A stretch of DNA of 64,000 bases from Myxococcales bacterium (GCA_016707895.1 JADJGV010000034.1:629625-693624); one strand, 5' to 3'. Positions 41,803 to 54,143 are shown, counted from the stretch's first letter. Numbers and translations are program-made. Notes: a model not told the origin generated them from the sequence alone.

Positions 41803-44800
41803 TCACGGCGCGTCGTCGGCCGGGCGCACCACCACCGCGTCGACGCCGTCGGCCAGGCGCCAGCCACCGGCGGCGGTCTCGATGATCTCGCGCTCGTCGG
41901 CGATCAGCCCCTTGAGCGTCTGGCGCAGGCGCTTCACCGCGACGTAGACGGTGTTGCGGTGGCGCAGCGGGTGGTACTCGCGGCCGCCCCAGACGCCGAG
42001 GAACAGCTGCTCGGCCGGCACCACCGCGCCGCCGGCCTCGACCAGCGCCGCGAACAGCTCGCACGCCAGCGGCCGGCCGCGATCGATCGCGACCTGGCCG
42101 GCGTGGTTGCAGGTGATCACCGCCCGCACCGGCTCGATCACGAAGGCGTGGCCGGCGCGCAGCCGATCGAGCTCGCCGTCGTCGACGATCCGCACGCCGC
42201 CCTTGCCGACGACGCGGTAGCTGGCGCCCGGGGCCAGCCCGAGCGCGGCCAGCATCGCGCGCTGCCCCGGCGACGGTGGCGCCTCGCCCAGCGCGACCCG
42301 CAGCGCGCGGCCCTCGCCGTGCTCGAGCGACGCGACGCCGGCGTGGACCGCGGCCAGGAGCTCGGCGCGGCCGCCGACCGCGTCGCCGCGCCGGGTGCGC
42401 AGCGCGCCGCGCAAGAGCGCGCACCGGGCCAGCACCCGGCCGTGGCCGGTGGCGGTGGCCAGCGCGGCGGCCTCGGCGGTCAGCGCCTCGGCCTCGACCA
42501 GCCCGGCCGGATCGGCGGTGGCGATCAGCGCCGCGGCGCGCGCCACCAGCGCCCGCGCGTGCTGGCCGCGGCGCCCGCGCTTGCGGTAGTGCTCGAGGGC
42601 GCGGCCGGCGGCGGCCAGCGCGACCCGGGCGTCGCCGCCGTGCAGCTCGACGCCGGCGCGATCGAGATCGAGCGCGGCCTGGGCGGCGGCGGTCTCGAGA
42701 TCGGCGGGGCGGGCGGCGAGATCGGCGGCGATCGCGTCGAGGTGGCGGCGCGCGCTGCCGAGGTCGCTGTCCTGGGCGGCCAGCCGGGCCAGCACCGCCT
42801 GGGCGGTGCGCCGGGTCTGGGTGCCGGCGAAGTCCTCGGCGAGCGCCGCCTCGGCCAGCGCCCGGGCCTCGGCCGGCTTGCCGGCGATCAGCAGCGCCTC
42901 GGCGGTGGTGGTGCGGCCGTGGCAGCCCAGCGAGTCGAGCTCGGCGGCCTGGGCCAGCCGCGCCATCCGCGCCGACAGCTCGATCGCCGCGTTGACCTCG
43001 CCCTGGGCCAGCAGCGCGCGCGCGATGTAGTAGCCGGCGATCGACGCCATCACCTGATCGCCGTGATCGTCGAGGTACGCGAACGCGCGCTCGAGCTTGT
43101 CGCGGGCCTCGGGCAGCTCGCCGGCGGCCTGCGCGACGACGCCGGCGTAGAGCGCGCTGACGTGCTCGCGCAGCGCGCCCCCGGCGGCGGCGCCCAGCAC
43201 CCGCTCGAGCAGGCCGCGGGCGGTGGCGACGTCGTCGCACTCGGCGCGGGCCAGCACCTCGAGCATCACCAGCATGACCTCGAGATCGTCGACGCCGGTG
43301 CCGCGCAGCGCGAGCACCGCCTCGCGCGCGCAGCCGATCGCCGCGGCGAACTGCTCGGGGATGATGTACGACAGCGTCATCGACCAGCCCCAGCGCGCGC
43401 GCTCGCGCGGCCCGGCCTCGGGGTAGTCGCCGAGCGCGGCGGTCAGCACCTCGCGGGCGGCCGCGCCGTGGCCGCGCAGCCCGGCGATGTCGGCCAGCTC
43501 GAGCGCGACGCCGAACCGCTCGGCGGCGGTGTCGGCCGCGTCGCGGGCCTGGCGGAACAGCGCCTCGGCCTCGGTCAGGCGGCCGCGCTGCTGCGCGACG
43601 TCGCCGGCCAGCCGCAGCCCGCGCACCGAGCCGCGGGCCGCCGCGCTGATCCGCGCCAGCACGTCGGCGGCCTCGGCGATCAGCGAGCGCCGCACCAGGA
43701 TGCGCGCCAGCATCAGCCCGATCGCGTCGCGGGCGTCGTCGACGGCGTCGGCGATCGCGCGCAGGCTGGCGATCAGCAGGTGATCGAGGCCGGCCGCGGC
43801 GATGACCCGGTAGTGGGTCTCGCAGCGCTCCCACGCCTCGTCGACGTCGCCGGCCGCGGTCAGGTGGTAGACCGCCTCGACCAGATCGGCGGCGTCGCCG
43901 GGCGTCGCCGGCCGGGTCCCGTCGCCGGCGCGCGCCAGGTGCAGCTCGGCCAGCTGGCGGTGGGCGGCGGCGCGCTCGCGGCGGGTCGCGACCCGCAGCA
44001 CCGCGTCGCGCACCAGGTCGTGGACGAGCGCCACGCCGCGGCTGGCGTCGACCAGCAGGTGGCGGCCCAGCTCGCGCACCCGGGCCGCGCCGGGGCCGGG
44101 GCCGCCATCGGGGTCGGGCGCGCCGCCGGCCAGCGCCTGGGCGTCGCCGGTCGACAGCCGGCCGCGGCTCAGCGCCAGCGCCAGCAGGAGCGCCCGGGCG
44201 TCGGGGGCCAGCGCGCGGACGGTGTCGTCGAGGCCGCCGGCCGCGCTGGCGTCGCCGGCGACCTCGCGCACGACGAAGAACGGGCTGCCGCCGGAGCGCG
44301 CGAACACCGCGCCGGCGTCGGGCACCGGCACGCCCAGCCGCACCGCCAGCTCGCGCACCAACGTCGCGGTGGCCGAGGCGTCGAGCGGCCCCAGCCGGTG
44401 CATCACCGGCGGCGGCAGCTCGGCCGGCAGCGCCAGCTCGACCCGCGACGCCACCAGGATGCGGCTGTTGCGCACCCGCCGCGACAGGAAGCCCAGCAGC
44501 TCGGCCAGCTCGTCGGCCGGCAGGTGGTGCAGATCGTCGAGGAACACCAGCGTCGGCCGGGCCTCGAGCGCGGCGGCGATGTCGGCCAGGTCGTCGGCCG
44601 CCGACGCGCCGCTGGCGGCGAAGTCGATGCGCCGTCGCCGCGCGCCGAGCTGCGACTTGAGCAGCGCCACCAGGTCGGCGCCGCTGGCGCCCGGCTGCGC
44701 CGCCAGCACCAGCGCCTGGGCGTCGGCCCACCGCGGCGTGCGCTGCGCCTCCTCGACCAGCTTGTAGACCAGCTCGCTCTTGCCGACGCCGCCGACGCCG

Positions 44801-44946
44801 TAGAACAGGTGCAGCGTCTCGCGATCGAGCAGCGCCACCGCCCGGGCCAGCTCGTCGGCGCGGCCGACCCAGCTCGCGACGGCCCGCGGGAAGGGCGGGC
44901 TGGTCGGCGGCGGCACCGTGCGGCGACGGGCGAGGCGTTCGCTCAC
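41803..44946 (-). CDS. STAND-type P-loop NTPase with TPR-rich sensor region and C-terminal OmpR/PhoB-type winged-helix DNA-binding domain (putative transcriptional regulator)
   Basis: Walker A GVGGVGKS near N-terminus, Walker [10 protein letters not shown], extensive Ala/Leu-rich TPR-like helical repeats, C-terminus [34 protein letters not shown] resembling OmpR trans_reg_C. Confidence 0.75.
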   Translation of the reverse strand: MSERLARRRTVPPPTSPPFPRAVASWVGRADELARAVALLDRETLHLFYGVGGVGKSELVYKLVEEAQRTPRWADAQALVLAAQPGASGADLVALLKSQLGARRRRIDFAASGASAADDLADIAAALEARPTLVFLDDLHHLPADELAELLGFLSRRVRNSRILVASRVELALPAELPPPVMHRLGPLDASATATLVRELAVRLGVPVPDAGAVFARSGGSPFFVVREVAGDASAAGGLDDTVRALAPDARALLLALALSRGRLSTGDAQALAGGAPDPDGGPGPGAARVRELGRHLLVDASRGVALVHDLVRDAVLRVATRRERAAAHRQLAELHLARAGDGTRPATPGDAADLVEAVYHLTAAGDVDEAWERCETHYRVIAAAGLDHLLIASLRAIADAVDDARDAIGLMLARILVRRSLIAEAADVLARISAAARGSVRGLRLAGDVAQQRGRLTEAEALFRQARDAADTAAERFGVALELADIAGLRGHGAAAREVLTAALGDYPEAGPRERARWGWSMTLSYIIPEQFAAAIGCAREAVLALRGTGVDDLEVMLVMLEVLARAECDDVATARGLLERVLGAAAGGALREHVSALYAGVVAQAAGELPEARDKLERAFAYLDDHGDQVMASIAGYYIARALLAQGEVNAAIELSARMARLAQAAELDSLGCHGRTTTAEALLIAGKPAEARALAEAALAEDFAGTQTRRTAQAVLARLAAQDSDLGSARRHLDAIAADLAARPADLETAAAQAALDLDRAGVELHGGDARVALAAAGRALEHYRKRGRRGQHARALVARAAALIATADPAGLVEAEALTAEAAALATATGHGRVLARCALLRGALRTRRGDAVGGRAELLAAVHAGVASLEHGEGRALRVALGEAPPSPGQRAMLAALGLAPGASYRVVGKGGVRIVDDGELDRLRAGHAFVIEPVRAVITCNHAGQVAIDRGRPLACELFAALVEAGGAVVPAEQLFLGVWGGREYHPLRHRNTVYVAVKRLRQTLKGLIADEREIIETAAGGWRLADGVDAVVVRPADDAP

Positions 44947-45057
44947 GCGCCGATCGTAGCCGTCCGGTCGCGCCCGGTCACGGCCGGCGCGCCGCGATCC
45001 TCGGCGGGGAATCCCGACCCCAGCGCTGGTGACGGTCGTCCCGGCGCGTGCCCGGCG

Positions 45058-46179
45058 TCACGGCACCAGCCGGTAGCGGAACGTCAGCCGGCGGCCGGCG
45101 CGGCGCACCCGCACCTGAGCGGTGGCGTCGACCGGCAGCGCGGCCGCGGCGGCGACGATCGCGGCCAGCGGGCCGGCCGGCCCGCGCGCCAGGTCGATCA
45201 GCAGCACGTCGTCGCTGGCGAAGCCCAGCGCCCGCAGCGGCGAGGTCGGCGCCACGTCGTGCAGCGCCAGCGCCGGCGCGTCGCCGATGGCCCGCAGCTC
45301 GATCGCCGCGCCCAGCGCGGGCAGCGCGAGGATCCGATCGCGCACCGCCGCCGGCACCCGCACCTCGCCGCTGGCGCAGCTGACGCCCCACGCGGTCATC
45401 GCGGTCGCCGCCGGGCACGGCATGCGCTCGTCGAGGAACGTGCCGGCGATCATCGCGGTGGCCAGGAGCGTCGCGGCCTGGCCGTCGGGCAGCCGCAGGC
45501 CCAGCGCCAGCGTCGGATCGCCCGGCGTCGGCCCGGCGACGGTCAGCGCCGCCACCGCGGCCCACGCGCCGCCCAGCCGATCGCGATCGGCGTTGGCGCG
45601 CCAGCGCTCGATCCGCGCGCGCACGCCGTCGGCGGCGCTGCCGGCGTCGAACCGCACGCTGGCCCGGGCGTCGACGCCGGCCCGCGGATCGAGCGTCACG
45701 TCGGCGCGCGCCACCACCCCGGCCGACAGCTCGTAGTCGGCGATCGCCCGGGCCGGCGCCTTGGGCAGGCGGGCGAAGCGCGCGCGGCGATCGCGATCGG
45801 TGAAGAACCCCGGCTCGCCGTCCGCGCGCGGCGCCAGGCCGTGGCTCCACAGCGCCAGCGCGCCACGCTCGACCAGCGCCGGGCACCCGCCGCGCGGCCC
45901 GCCGTCGATCGCCAGCAGGTAGCCGTCCTCAGGCAGCATGTGGGCCCACGCGATCACCACCCGATCGGCGGCGGCGGCGCGGGCCAGCACGCACGCCGGC
46001 ACCTCGCCGCGCCGCGCGACCGCTCGGGCCTGGGCCTCGGCCCAGGTGCCGCCCACCGCCCGCGGGGTCAGCTCGACCACCACGCCGGCCTCCTCGGGGA
46101 TGGCGTCGAGCGCCCGGCTCGGCGCCCGCGACCCGCGGCACGCGGCCACGAGCGCGCAGATCGCGAGGCACCAGCGCAT
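45058..46179 (-). CDS. Lipoprotein, function unknown
   Basis: Lipobox ALVAAC; protein-like frame, 373 aa. Confidence 0.55.
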   Translation of the reverse strand: MRWCLAICALVAACRGSRAPSRALDAIPEEAGVVVELTPRAVGGTWAEAQARAVARRGEVPACVLARAAAADRVVIAWAHMLPEDGYLLAIDGGPRGGCPALVERGALALWSHGLAPRADGEPGFFTDRDRRARFARLPKAPARAIADYELSAGVVARADVTLDPRAGVDARASVRFDAGSAADGVRARIERWRANADRDRLGGAWAAVAALTVAGPTPGDPTLALGLRLPDGQAATLLATAMIAGTFLDERMPCPAATAMTAWGVSCASGEVRVPAAVRDRILALPALGAAIELRAIGDAPALALHDVAPTSPLRALGFASDDVLLIDLARGPAGPLAAIVAAAAALPVDATAQVRVRRAGRRLTFRYRLVP

Positions 46180-46245
46180 CGGGCGCCCACGCTACCACGC
46201 CGGATCGGGATGACGCCGGTCGGCCTCCGCGTTACATCCGCAGCC

Positions 46246-46872
46246 ATGAAGCTCGCGTTCGCCTCGTCGCTCCTGCTCGCCGCGGCCGCCTGTGGCGGCG
46301 GCGCCCACGCCACCGCGCCCATCGCCAACGGCGGCACGCCCGCGCCGGCGGCCGGCGACATCCACGCGGTCGACTGGGCCAACCGCACGTACCAGTCGGG
46401 CGACGGCACGTTCACCGTCAAGGACGGCGCCGCCGAGTTCGCGTTCGACGAGGAGGGCAACGAGGTCGCGCCCGACTACCAGCCCAAGGATCCCGACGGC
46501 TTCGTCGAGCACGGCTACTTCAACGTGACGCCGCCGCGCTTCGGCGACGTCGACGGCGACGGCGCCGACGACGCGCTGGTGATCCACGTCTACAACGGCG
46601 GTGGCACCGGCCAGTTCGACGGCGTCACGCTGTACACGATGCGCGGCGGCGCGCCGGTCGCGCTCGGCGAGATCCCCGGCGGCGATCGCGGCGACGGCGG
46701 CATCAGCGACGCCCACATCGAGGGCGGCGTCGTGCTGGTCGATCGGATGATGTCGCAAGAGGGCGACGGCGCGTGCTGCCCGTCGAAGCTGCAGCAGGAG
46801 CGGTGGGCGTGGAAGGGCGGCGCGTTCGTCGAGGACGAGGCGGCGCGGCGGCTGGTCGACATGCCGCAGTGA
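46246..46872 (+). CDS. Lipoprotein (208 aa) with Gly/Asp-rich repeat region
   Basis: MKLAFASSLLLAAAAC lipobox; only the real C-terminal gene of a spurious 1852-aa ORF. Confidence 0.6.
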   Translation: MKLAFASSLLLAAAACGGGAHATAPIANGGTPAPAAGDIHAVDWANRTYQSGDGTFTVKDGAAEFAFDEEGNEVAPDYQPKDPDGFVEHGYFNVTPPRFGDVDGDGADDALVIHVYNGGGTGQFDGVTLYTMRGGAPVALGEIPGGDRGDGGISDAHIEGGVVLVDRMMSQEGDGACCPSKLQQERWAWKGGAFVEDEAARRLVDMPQ

Positions 46873-46894
46873 CCGCGGTGGGGTAGCCTCGGGC

Positions 46895-47299
46895 ATGGAC
46901 CTGCGCGCCATCCTCGAACGCAGCCGCACCGTCGCCGTCGTCGGCATCCACCACGACGCGGCGCGGCCGGCGCACTACGTGCCGGCCTACCTGCACGACC
47001 ACGGCTACCGCATCCGCGGCGTCAACCCGGCGCTGGTCGGGCGCGTGCTGTTCGGGCACCCGGTGGTCGCCACCCTGGCCGACGTCGACGAGCCGATCGA
47101 CCTGGTCGACGTGTTCCGCCGCGGCGACGCGCTGCCCGACCACCTCGCCGAGCTGCTGGCCTGCCCGGCGCCGGTGGTGTGGTTCCAGCTCGGCATCACC
47201 AACGATGCGGTGGCGGCGGCGCTGACCGCCGCCGGCAAGCAGGTGGTGCAAGATCGCTGCACGCTCGCCGAGCACCGCCGGTTGGGGCTGGGCGCATGA
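46895..47299 (+). CDS. CoA-binding domain protein (YccU/YneT family)
   Basis: RTVAVVGIHHDAARPAHYV...GYRIRGVNP pattern of CoA_binding_2 proteins. Confidence 0.8.
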   Translation: MDLRAILERSRTVAVVGIHHDAARPAHYVPAYLHDHGYRIRGVNPALVGRVLFGHPVVATLADVDEPIDLVDVFRRGDALPDHLAELLACPAPVVWFQLGITNDAVAAALTAAGKQVVQDRCTLAEHRRLGLGA

Positions 47300-47400
47300 G
47301 CTCTCTGGAAGGGGCTTTCGCAAAGCCCCTTCCCCGTCGGGTCATGCCCCGACGGGGCCCCAACCCGAAACGCGAGATCGTGTTCGGGGATCCGCGTGCT
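47300..47400. repeat. REP-like intergenic repeat copy B (hairpins GGAAGGGGCTTT-cgc-AAAGCCCCTTCC and CCCCGTCGGG-tcatg-CCCCGACGGGG, core ACCCGAAACGCGAGA)
   Basis: Two adjacent perfect stem-loops immediately after the CoA-binding gene stop; shares motifs with copies A and C/D. Confidence 0.7.
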
Positions 47401-47476
47401 GATCAACCCGGTGATCGCCGCGCGCCTGCGCGGGCCGATCCGCGTTGCTCCCAGGCCCGGCATCGGGCATGGTGCC

Positions 47477-47854
47477 AGGATGCTCCTGTGGATCGTGCTC
47501 GGCATCGCCGGCGCCATCACCACCTACGTGGTGGTGGGCGTGTGGTCCGATCGCCGGGTCGCGCTGCCGCCGGCCGGGACGCCCGAGGTGCCGCCGCCCG
47601 GGCCGCTGCCGGTCGCGCCGCCGGCGCCGCCGGCCGCGCCGATCCTGCGCGGCGACACCGCGGCCACCGCCGTGCCGGTGCCCGCCGCCTGGCGCGAGAA
47701 GCTGGCGGCCGGCAAGTGCGGCTGCGGCCAGGCGCTAGCGATCGCCAGCGACGAGGCGCTGCGCTACGACGGCCGGCTGATGGTGGTGGTGCGGCTGGCG
47801 TGCGCGGCCTGCGGCCACGCGCGGTCGGTCTACCTGGCGCCCGCCGAGGCGTGA
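47477..47854 (+). CDS. Hypothetical small membrane protein with C-terminal CxC...CxxC cluster
   Basis: Start at MLLWIVLGIAGAITTYVV (TM helix); weak, could be non-coding. Confidence 0.35.
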   Translation, partial: RMLLWIVLGIAGAITTYVVVGVWSDRRVALPPAGTPEVPPPGPLPVAPPAPPAAPILRGDTAATAVPVPAAWREKLAAGKCGCGQALAIASDEALRYDGRLMVVVRLACAACGHARSVYLAPAEA

Positions 47855-48517
<663 letters not shown>

Positions 48518-48614
48518 GAGCGATCGAGTACGCGATCGCTCTGACACCGCCACCGCCACCGCCACCGCCCAGCTCTCGTCCCGGGGCTGGGCTCGTCGGG
48601 GACCGCCCCAGGTC

Positions 48615-50852
48615 TCAGAACTTGTAGGTCGCGCCGACGCGGGCGTAGGTGTTGTAGTCGGTCGTCAGCATCGGCTGGTTGAAGTCGTCGACGAACAGCG
48701 CGCGCTCGCTCTGGAACGGGGCGCCCTCGAGCATGACCCACAGGTTCCAGCGCTGGCGCAGCGCGATCTCGGCGATCACCGCGGTCATCAGCCGGACGCC
48801 GCCGTCGCGGCTGAAGAAGTCGTTGCCGCTCTCGCCGGTGAGGTCCTCGACCCGCTTGGCCTCCTCGGCCGTGTAGCCGTCGGCCATCGGCGCCGGGCCG
48901 CCGGCGCGGTGCAGGTACTTGGTGCACGCGGCGATCGGATCGCCGTCGAACGGCATCGCGTCGGTCGGCGCGACGCCGCTCTTGAGCTCGGGGCAGTGGC
49001 GGTCGCTCCAGAACTCGAGGTAGGCGCGGGCGCTGACCGTGACGTGGGTGAACGCGGTCAGCGACGCGACGCCGCCGGCGCTGAACGTCGCGCCGTTGCG
49101 CTTGGAGTCGTCGAACAGCTTCGAGCCCCACCACAGGTTGCCGAACACGCCGGCCGAGAACGGGTCGTTGTCGACCAGCTGGAACCGCGCGCCCAGGCCG
49201 ATCTCCGAGCGCTCGATCATCGAGCGCACGCCGACGTTGGCGTCGAAGCCGATGCCGGACTTCTTGCCGGCGCCGACCGCGACCCGGACGTCGAAGAAGT
49301 ACGGGTAGCCCAGGCTGATGTCGACCGTCGACCGGCCGCGCGGCATCGTCCGCGCGCCCCACGACGCCAGGCCCCGCTGCTGGGCCTTGAGCTGGTCGTC
49401 GGACAGGCCCTCGACCTTGAGCGTCGCCGAGACGATGTCGCTCTTGCCGCCCTCGAGCATGTGGGTCTCCTCCCACGGCTGGTAGCCGGCCTTCTGGACG
49501 CGGATGATCGTCGTGCCGACCTCGATCTCGGTCAGCTCGAGCGGGGTCACGCCCTGGGGCAGGCCGTTGATCATGACCTCGGCGCCGGGCGGATCCGACA
49601 GCACCCGCAGCCGGGCCACGGCCTTGAGGTCGGCCGACACCGTCAGGGTCTGGCCCTCCTCGAGGCGGACCTTGGTCTCGAAGGTCTTGTAGCCGGCCAG
49701 CTTGACCACGACGAAGTGATCGCCGCGGGCGACCTGCTTCTCCTGCGGCACCTTGCCGATGCCGGCGCCGTCGAGGAAGACGTCGGCGTCGGGCACCGCC
49801 GACAGCACCTTGAGCGTGCCCTTGCCGCCGGCCCCGGCCTCGGCGTTGAGGTCGAGCTTGAGCACGGTCGACTGGCCGTCGTTGATCGTGATGCGCTCCT
49901 CGTGCGGCTGGTAGCCGGGGGCCTTCACCTCGAGCACGTGGTCGCCGCCCTTCACCTGCTTGATGTCGAGCGGCACCTTGCCCATGGGGGTGCCGTCGAG
50001 GAAGACCTCGGCGCCGGTGACGTTGGACAGCACGCGGATGGTGCCGCCCTGGCCGCCCAGCGTGGCCTTGAGCTCGCCGCGCACCTTGGCCTGCTGCCCG
50101 GCCAGCACCTGGATGGTCTGCTTCCACGGGATCGCCGGGTCCTTGCGCAGCTCGACCACGTGCAGGCCCTCGATCACGTCGTTGAGCACCAGCGGGGTGG
50201 TGCCGTTCTGCTTGTTGCCGTCGAGGTACACCTCGGCGTCGGCGACGTCGGCCTCGACCACGATGATGCCGACCTTGGGCTTGGCCACCGCCTTGAGCAC
50301 CGGGGTCAGGTTGGCCTTCTCGTTGTCCTTGACCTCGACCCAGGTCTGGAAGTTGTCGAAGCCCTCGCGCTTGAGCTCGACCAGGTGGCGGCCGGCGGTG
50401 GTGGTGAGCAGCACCGGCGCCGAGCCCTGGGACTGGCCGTCGAGGTAGACCGTCGCGCCGAAGACGTTCTGATCGGCGTCGGCGCGGATGTCGATGCGCG
50501 GCGGGTCGACCTTCTTGATCAGCGGGATGAAGACGCTCTGCACCTTGCGGGTGCGGGCCACCTTCTGGTTCTTCTGGGCCAGCTGGTAGCCGTCGAGCTC
50601 GACGATGATCAGGTAGTCCCCGTTCTTCATCTTGCCCTGCCACGGGGTCACCCCGACCGCGCCGAGCTCCTTGCGGTCGATGTAGATGGTGGCGCCGGGC
50701 GGGGCCGACTCGATCTTGACGGGGTACTTGCCGCCGGACAGGGCGGGGTGGCTCTGGGCCGCGGCCGGACCGGCCAGGCACAGCGCCACGATCGCGAGCG
50801 CAAAGATCGACGCGCCGCGGAGCCAGCGCAGAGGCAACTCGGTGAGCTTCAT
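48615..50852 (-). CDS. PEGA-domain repeat protein with C-terminal outer-membrane beta-barrel-like region
   Basis: Signal peptide MKLTELPLRWLRGASIFALAIVALCLAGPAAAQ; multiple PEGA-like repeats (A.V..DG..G.TP......G.H...L...GY); C-terminal ...YKF typical OMP terminus; codon usage distinct (Lys-rich). Confidence 0.8.
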   Translation of the reverse strand: MKLTELPLRWLRGASIFALAIVALCLAGPAAAQSHPALSGGKYPVKIESAPPGATIYIDRKELGAVGVTPWQGKMKNGDYLIIVELDGYQLAQKNQKVARTRKVQSVFIPLIKKVDPPRIDIRADADQNVFGATVYLDGQSQGSAPVLLTTTAGRHLVELKREGFDNFQTWVEVKDNEKANLTPVLKAVAKPKVGIIVVEADVADAEVYLDGNKQNGTTPLVLNDVIEGLHVVELRKDPAIPWKQTIQVLAGQQAKVRGELKATLGGQGGTIRVLSNVTGAEVFLDGTPMGKVPLDIKQVKGGDHVLEVKAPGYQPHEERITINDGQSTVLKLDLNAEAGAGGKGTLKVLSAVPDADVFLDGAGIGKVPQEKQVARGDHFVVVKLAGYKTFETKVRLEEGQTLTVSADLKAVARLRVLSDPPGAEVMINGLPQGVTPLELTEIEVGTTIIRVQKAGYQPWEETHMLEGGKSDIVSATLKVEGLSDDQLKAQQRGLASWGARTMPRGRSTVDISLGYPYFFDVRVAVGAGKKSGIGFDANVGVRSMIERSEIGLGARFQLVDNDPFSAGVFGNLWWGSKLFDDSKRNGATFSAGGVASLTAFTHVTVSARAYLEFWSDRHCPELKSGVAPTDAMPFDGDPIAACTKYLHRAGGPAPMADGYTAEEAKRVEDLTGESGNDFFSRDGGVRLMTAVIAEIALRQRWNLWVMLEGAPFQSERALFVDDFNQPMLTTDYNTYARVGATYKF

Positions 50853-50968
50853 GGTGCGGGAACTCCCCTTCATGCGAGGGCGAACGTAGCAGGTCCGGCG
50901 ACCGCCCGAGGCGTCCGGTCCCTGGTTTCGACGCCGCGGTTCACCCGGTGTTCACCGTGCGTGACGGC

Positions 50969-51796
50969 TCACACACCGGCCATGTGCGAGACGGTGCCGG
51001 AGATCAACAGCGACGCGACCGCGATCGCCACCGCGCCGCGGTACAGCGCGAAGCCGACCAGGCGGTGGCTGCCGAGGAAGCGCAAGAGCCACGCGATCGA
51101 CGCGTAGCCGCTGAGCGCGGCCACCACCAGTGCCACCGTCATCGGCTTCCAGGCGCCGGGCCCGAGCTCGGCCATCGACTGCTTGGCCTCGAGGATCGCG
51201 GCGCCGGCGATCGCCGGGATGCCCAGCAAGAACGAGAACCGCGCGGCGTCGGTGCGGCGCATCCCGACCAGCAGCGCCGCGACGATCGTCGCGCCCGAGC
51301 GCGACACGCCCGGGCACAGCGCCATGGCCTGGGCCCCGCCGATGATCAGCGCGTCGCGCACGCCGAGGTCGTCGAGCGTGCGCGCGCCCTGGGCCCGGGC
51401 GTCGATCACCGCCATCAGCACGCCGACCACCATCAGCGACGCGGCGATCACCCACAGCGAGCGCGCGTCGCCCTCGACGAGGTCCTTGGCCAGGAGGCCG
51501 AGCACGACGATCGGCACGGTGCCGAGCACGATCAGCAGCGGCAGCCGGCCGCGCGGGCTGCGCGGATCGCGGAACATCGCGCGCGGCAGGTCGATGAACA
51601 GGTCGCGCGCGAAGTAGACGATCACGGCGGCCAGCGTGCCGAGCTGCAGCACCGCGGTGAACGCGGCGCCAGGATCGTGCTGGCCGAGCAGCGCCGGCGC
51701 CAGGCGCAGGTGCGCGGTCGACGACACCGGCAAGAACTCGGTGAGCCCCTGGATCAGACCCAGGACGATCGCGAACCAGATCGGCACGGCGCGCAC
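50969..51796 (-). CDS. uppP: Undecaprenyl-diphosphate phosphatase
   Basis: GLTEFLPVSSTAHL and PGVSRSG signature motifs. Confidence 0.9.
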   Translation of the reverse strand: MRAVPIWFAIVLGLIQGLTEFLPVSSTAHLRLAPALLGQHDPGAAFTAVLQLGTLAAVIVYFARDLFIDLPRAMFRDPRSPRGRLPLLIVLGTVPIVVLGLLAKDLVEGDARSLWVIAASLMVVGVLMAVIDARAQGARTLDDLGVRDALIIGGAQAMALCPGVSRSGATIVAALLVGMRRTDAARFSFLLGIPAIAGAAILEAKQSMAELGPGAWKPMTVALVVAALSGYASIAWLLRFLGSHRLVGFALYRGAVAIAVASLLISGTVSHMAGV

Positions 51797-51812
51797 GCTA
51801 TCATGCGCGCCG

Positions 51813-52208
51813 ATGCCTCGCTTCGCCTCGCTGTCGCTCGCGCTGGTGCTCGCCGCCTGTCCGCACGCCGCGCCGACCGCGCCGCCGACGCCGCCGGCGG
51901 CGATCGACGCCGGCCCCGAGGTCGTGGCGCCGACCGTCGACGCCGCGCCGCCGGCGCTGACCGCCGACGAGTGCGGCGCCTATGTCGATCACGTGCTGGC
52001 GGTGGCGCTGACGGCGATGCGCGGCACCCGCGCCGCCGACGAGATCCCGACCGGCGAGCAGGTCGCGGCGATCCGCGCGAAGCTGGTGGCCAGCGAGCCG
52101 TGCCGCGAGCTGGATCGCGCGGCGTGGACGTGCGCGCTGGCGGCGAGCGATCAGGCGGCGCTGTACGCGTGCGCCGGGCCGGCGACGCCGGCTACCGGCG
52201 CGCGCTGA
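51813..52208 (+). CDS. Small lipoprotein
   Basis: MPRFASLSLALVLAAC lipobox; start only ~16 nt from divergent uppP start so start assignment uncertain. Confidence 0.45.
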   Translation: MPRFASLSLALVLAACPHAAPTAPPTPPAAIDAGPEVVAPTVDAAPPALTADECGAYVDHVLAVALTAMRGTRAADEIPTGEQVAAIRAKLVASEPCRELDRAAWTCALAASDQAALYACAGPATPATGAR

Positions 52209-53232
52209 GGCGCGGCAGGGCGGCGGTCATGCGCGGCAGCGCGGCGTGCGGCGGCGCGGGCGGGAGCGGCGCGGGCGGGAGCGGCGGCGCCGCCGGGCGG
52301 GCGACGTCGACCGAGGTCACGTCGCCGACGCCGAGATCGGTGACGTCGGTCGTGATCTCGGAGGTGTCGTCGTTCATGACCCGCGCCGGCGGCAGCTTCG
52401 CGGCGGGCTGCGCGGCCGGCAGCTGCGCCGGGACCAGCGGACCGGTGCCGCGGGCGAAGCGGCGCGGCGGCGACGGCGGCAGCGGCGTGACTGGCAGCGG
52501 CGCCGGCTGCGCGACCACCGGCGGCGGTGGCAGCGGCGGGGGCTGGAGGCGCGCGGGCAGGGGCGCGGCGGCGATCGGGCGCGCGGGCGGCGCGACCGCG
52601 GCGCCGGCCGACGTGGTGCGTCGGACCCGGGCAGGCTCCGCGACGGGGCGGGCGATCGGCGCCGCCGGGCGGGCGATCGGCGCGGCATGCGCGCGGGCGA
52701 CCGGCGGGGCGCTCGGCGCTGCCGCCCGAGCCGGGCGCTGCGGCGGGGTGGCGGGCGGCGCGAGGCGGCGCGCGACCGTGGCGTTGGGCAGCGCGCGGAT
52801 CGCCGGCGCCGGCACCTTGGCGGCCTCGGTCTCGGCGGCGGCGATGCGCGCGCGGGCCAGGGCCAGCTGCCACTCCCACTCGTCGTCGTCGGCCAGGCCG
52901 TCGTCGCCGTCGTCCGGCAGCACGTCGGCGGCGATGATCACCGAGGGCATGCTGGCGGATCGAGGCGCCACCGGGGTGGCGACTGGCGCCACCGGCGCGG
53001 CGAGCCGCGGGGCGGGGAGCGGCGGTGGCGGCGTGGGCTGCGCGATCGGCGCGACGGTCGGACCGGGCACCGGGGCCGCGAAGGCCACGTCGCTGGTCAT
53101 CGCGTGCAGGTCGACGATTCTCCCGTCTGGAGTCAACATCATCCCGTACCGCGACAGCTTCACGTACCCAGCGCGCGCGAGGATGCTCTCGATGACCGCC
53201 ATGGGGACCGGCTTCTGCACGGCCCGGGCCAT
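52192..53232 (-). CDS. Pro/Ala-rich hypothetical protein with conserved-looking N-terminal ~50-aa domain
   Basis: MARAVQKPVPMAVIESILARAGYVKLSRYGMMLTPDGRIVDLHAM followed by PxxP-rich low-complexity region; rest of 1503-aa ORF rejected. Confidence 0.5.
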   Translation of the reverse strand: MARAVQKPVPMAVIESILARAGYVKLSRYGMMLTPDGRIVDLHAMTSDVAFAAPVPGPTVAPIAQPTPPPPLPAPRLAAPVAPVATPVAPRSASMPSVIIAADVLPDDGDDGLADDDEWEWQLALARARIAAAETEAAKVPAPAIRALPNATVARRLAPPATPPQRPARAAAPSAPPVARAHAAPIARPAAPIARPVAEPARVRRTTSAGAAVAPPARPIAAAPLPARLQPPPLPPPPVVAQPAPLPVTPLPPSPPRRFARGTGPLVPAQLPAAQPAAKLPPARVMNDDTSEITTDVTDLGVGDVTSVDVARPAAPPLPPAPLPPAPPHAALPRMTAALPRLSARR

Positions 53233-53366
53233 GTTCGCGGGGATCGCGCGTCGCGCAACTCGTCGGATCGACGATCCCGCGTCGGTGCGGTCCGTCACCT
53301 CCGGAGCCCCAGCCCTCGGGACGGTTGTCCCCGGGCGGATCGCCGCACCCCGCCGCGCCTGGCTTC

Positions 53367-54143
<777 letters not shown>

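Noticed and set aside
41405-44731. 1108-aa minus-strand ORF in a second frame overlapping the STAND regulator
   Set aside because: Arg/Ala/Gly/Pro repeats only. The overlapping frame 41803..44946 carries Walker A/B, TPR and wHTH motifs.
41314-46872. 1852-aa plus-strand ORF
   Set aside because: Only the last 208 codons (lipoprotein starting MKLAFASSLLLAAAAC at 46246) are protein-like. The rest is stop-free antisense of the STAND regulator and lipoprotein genes.
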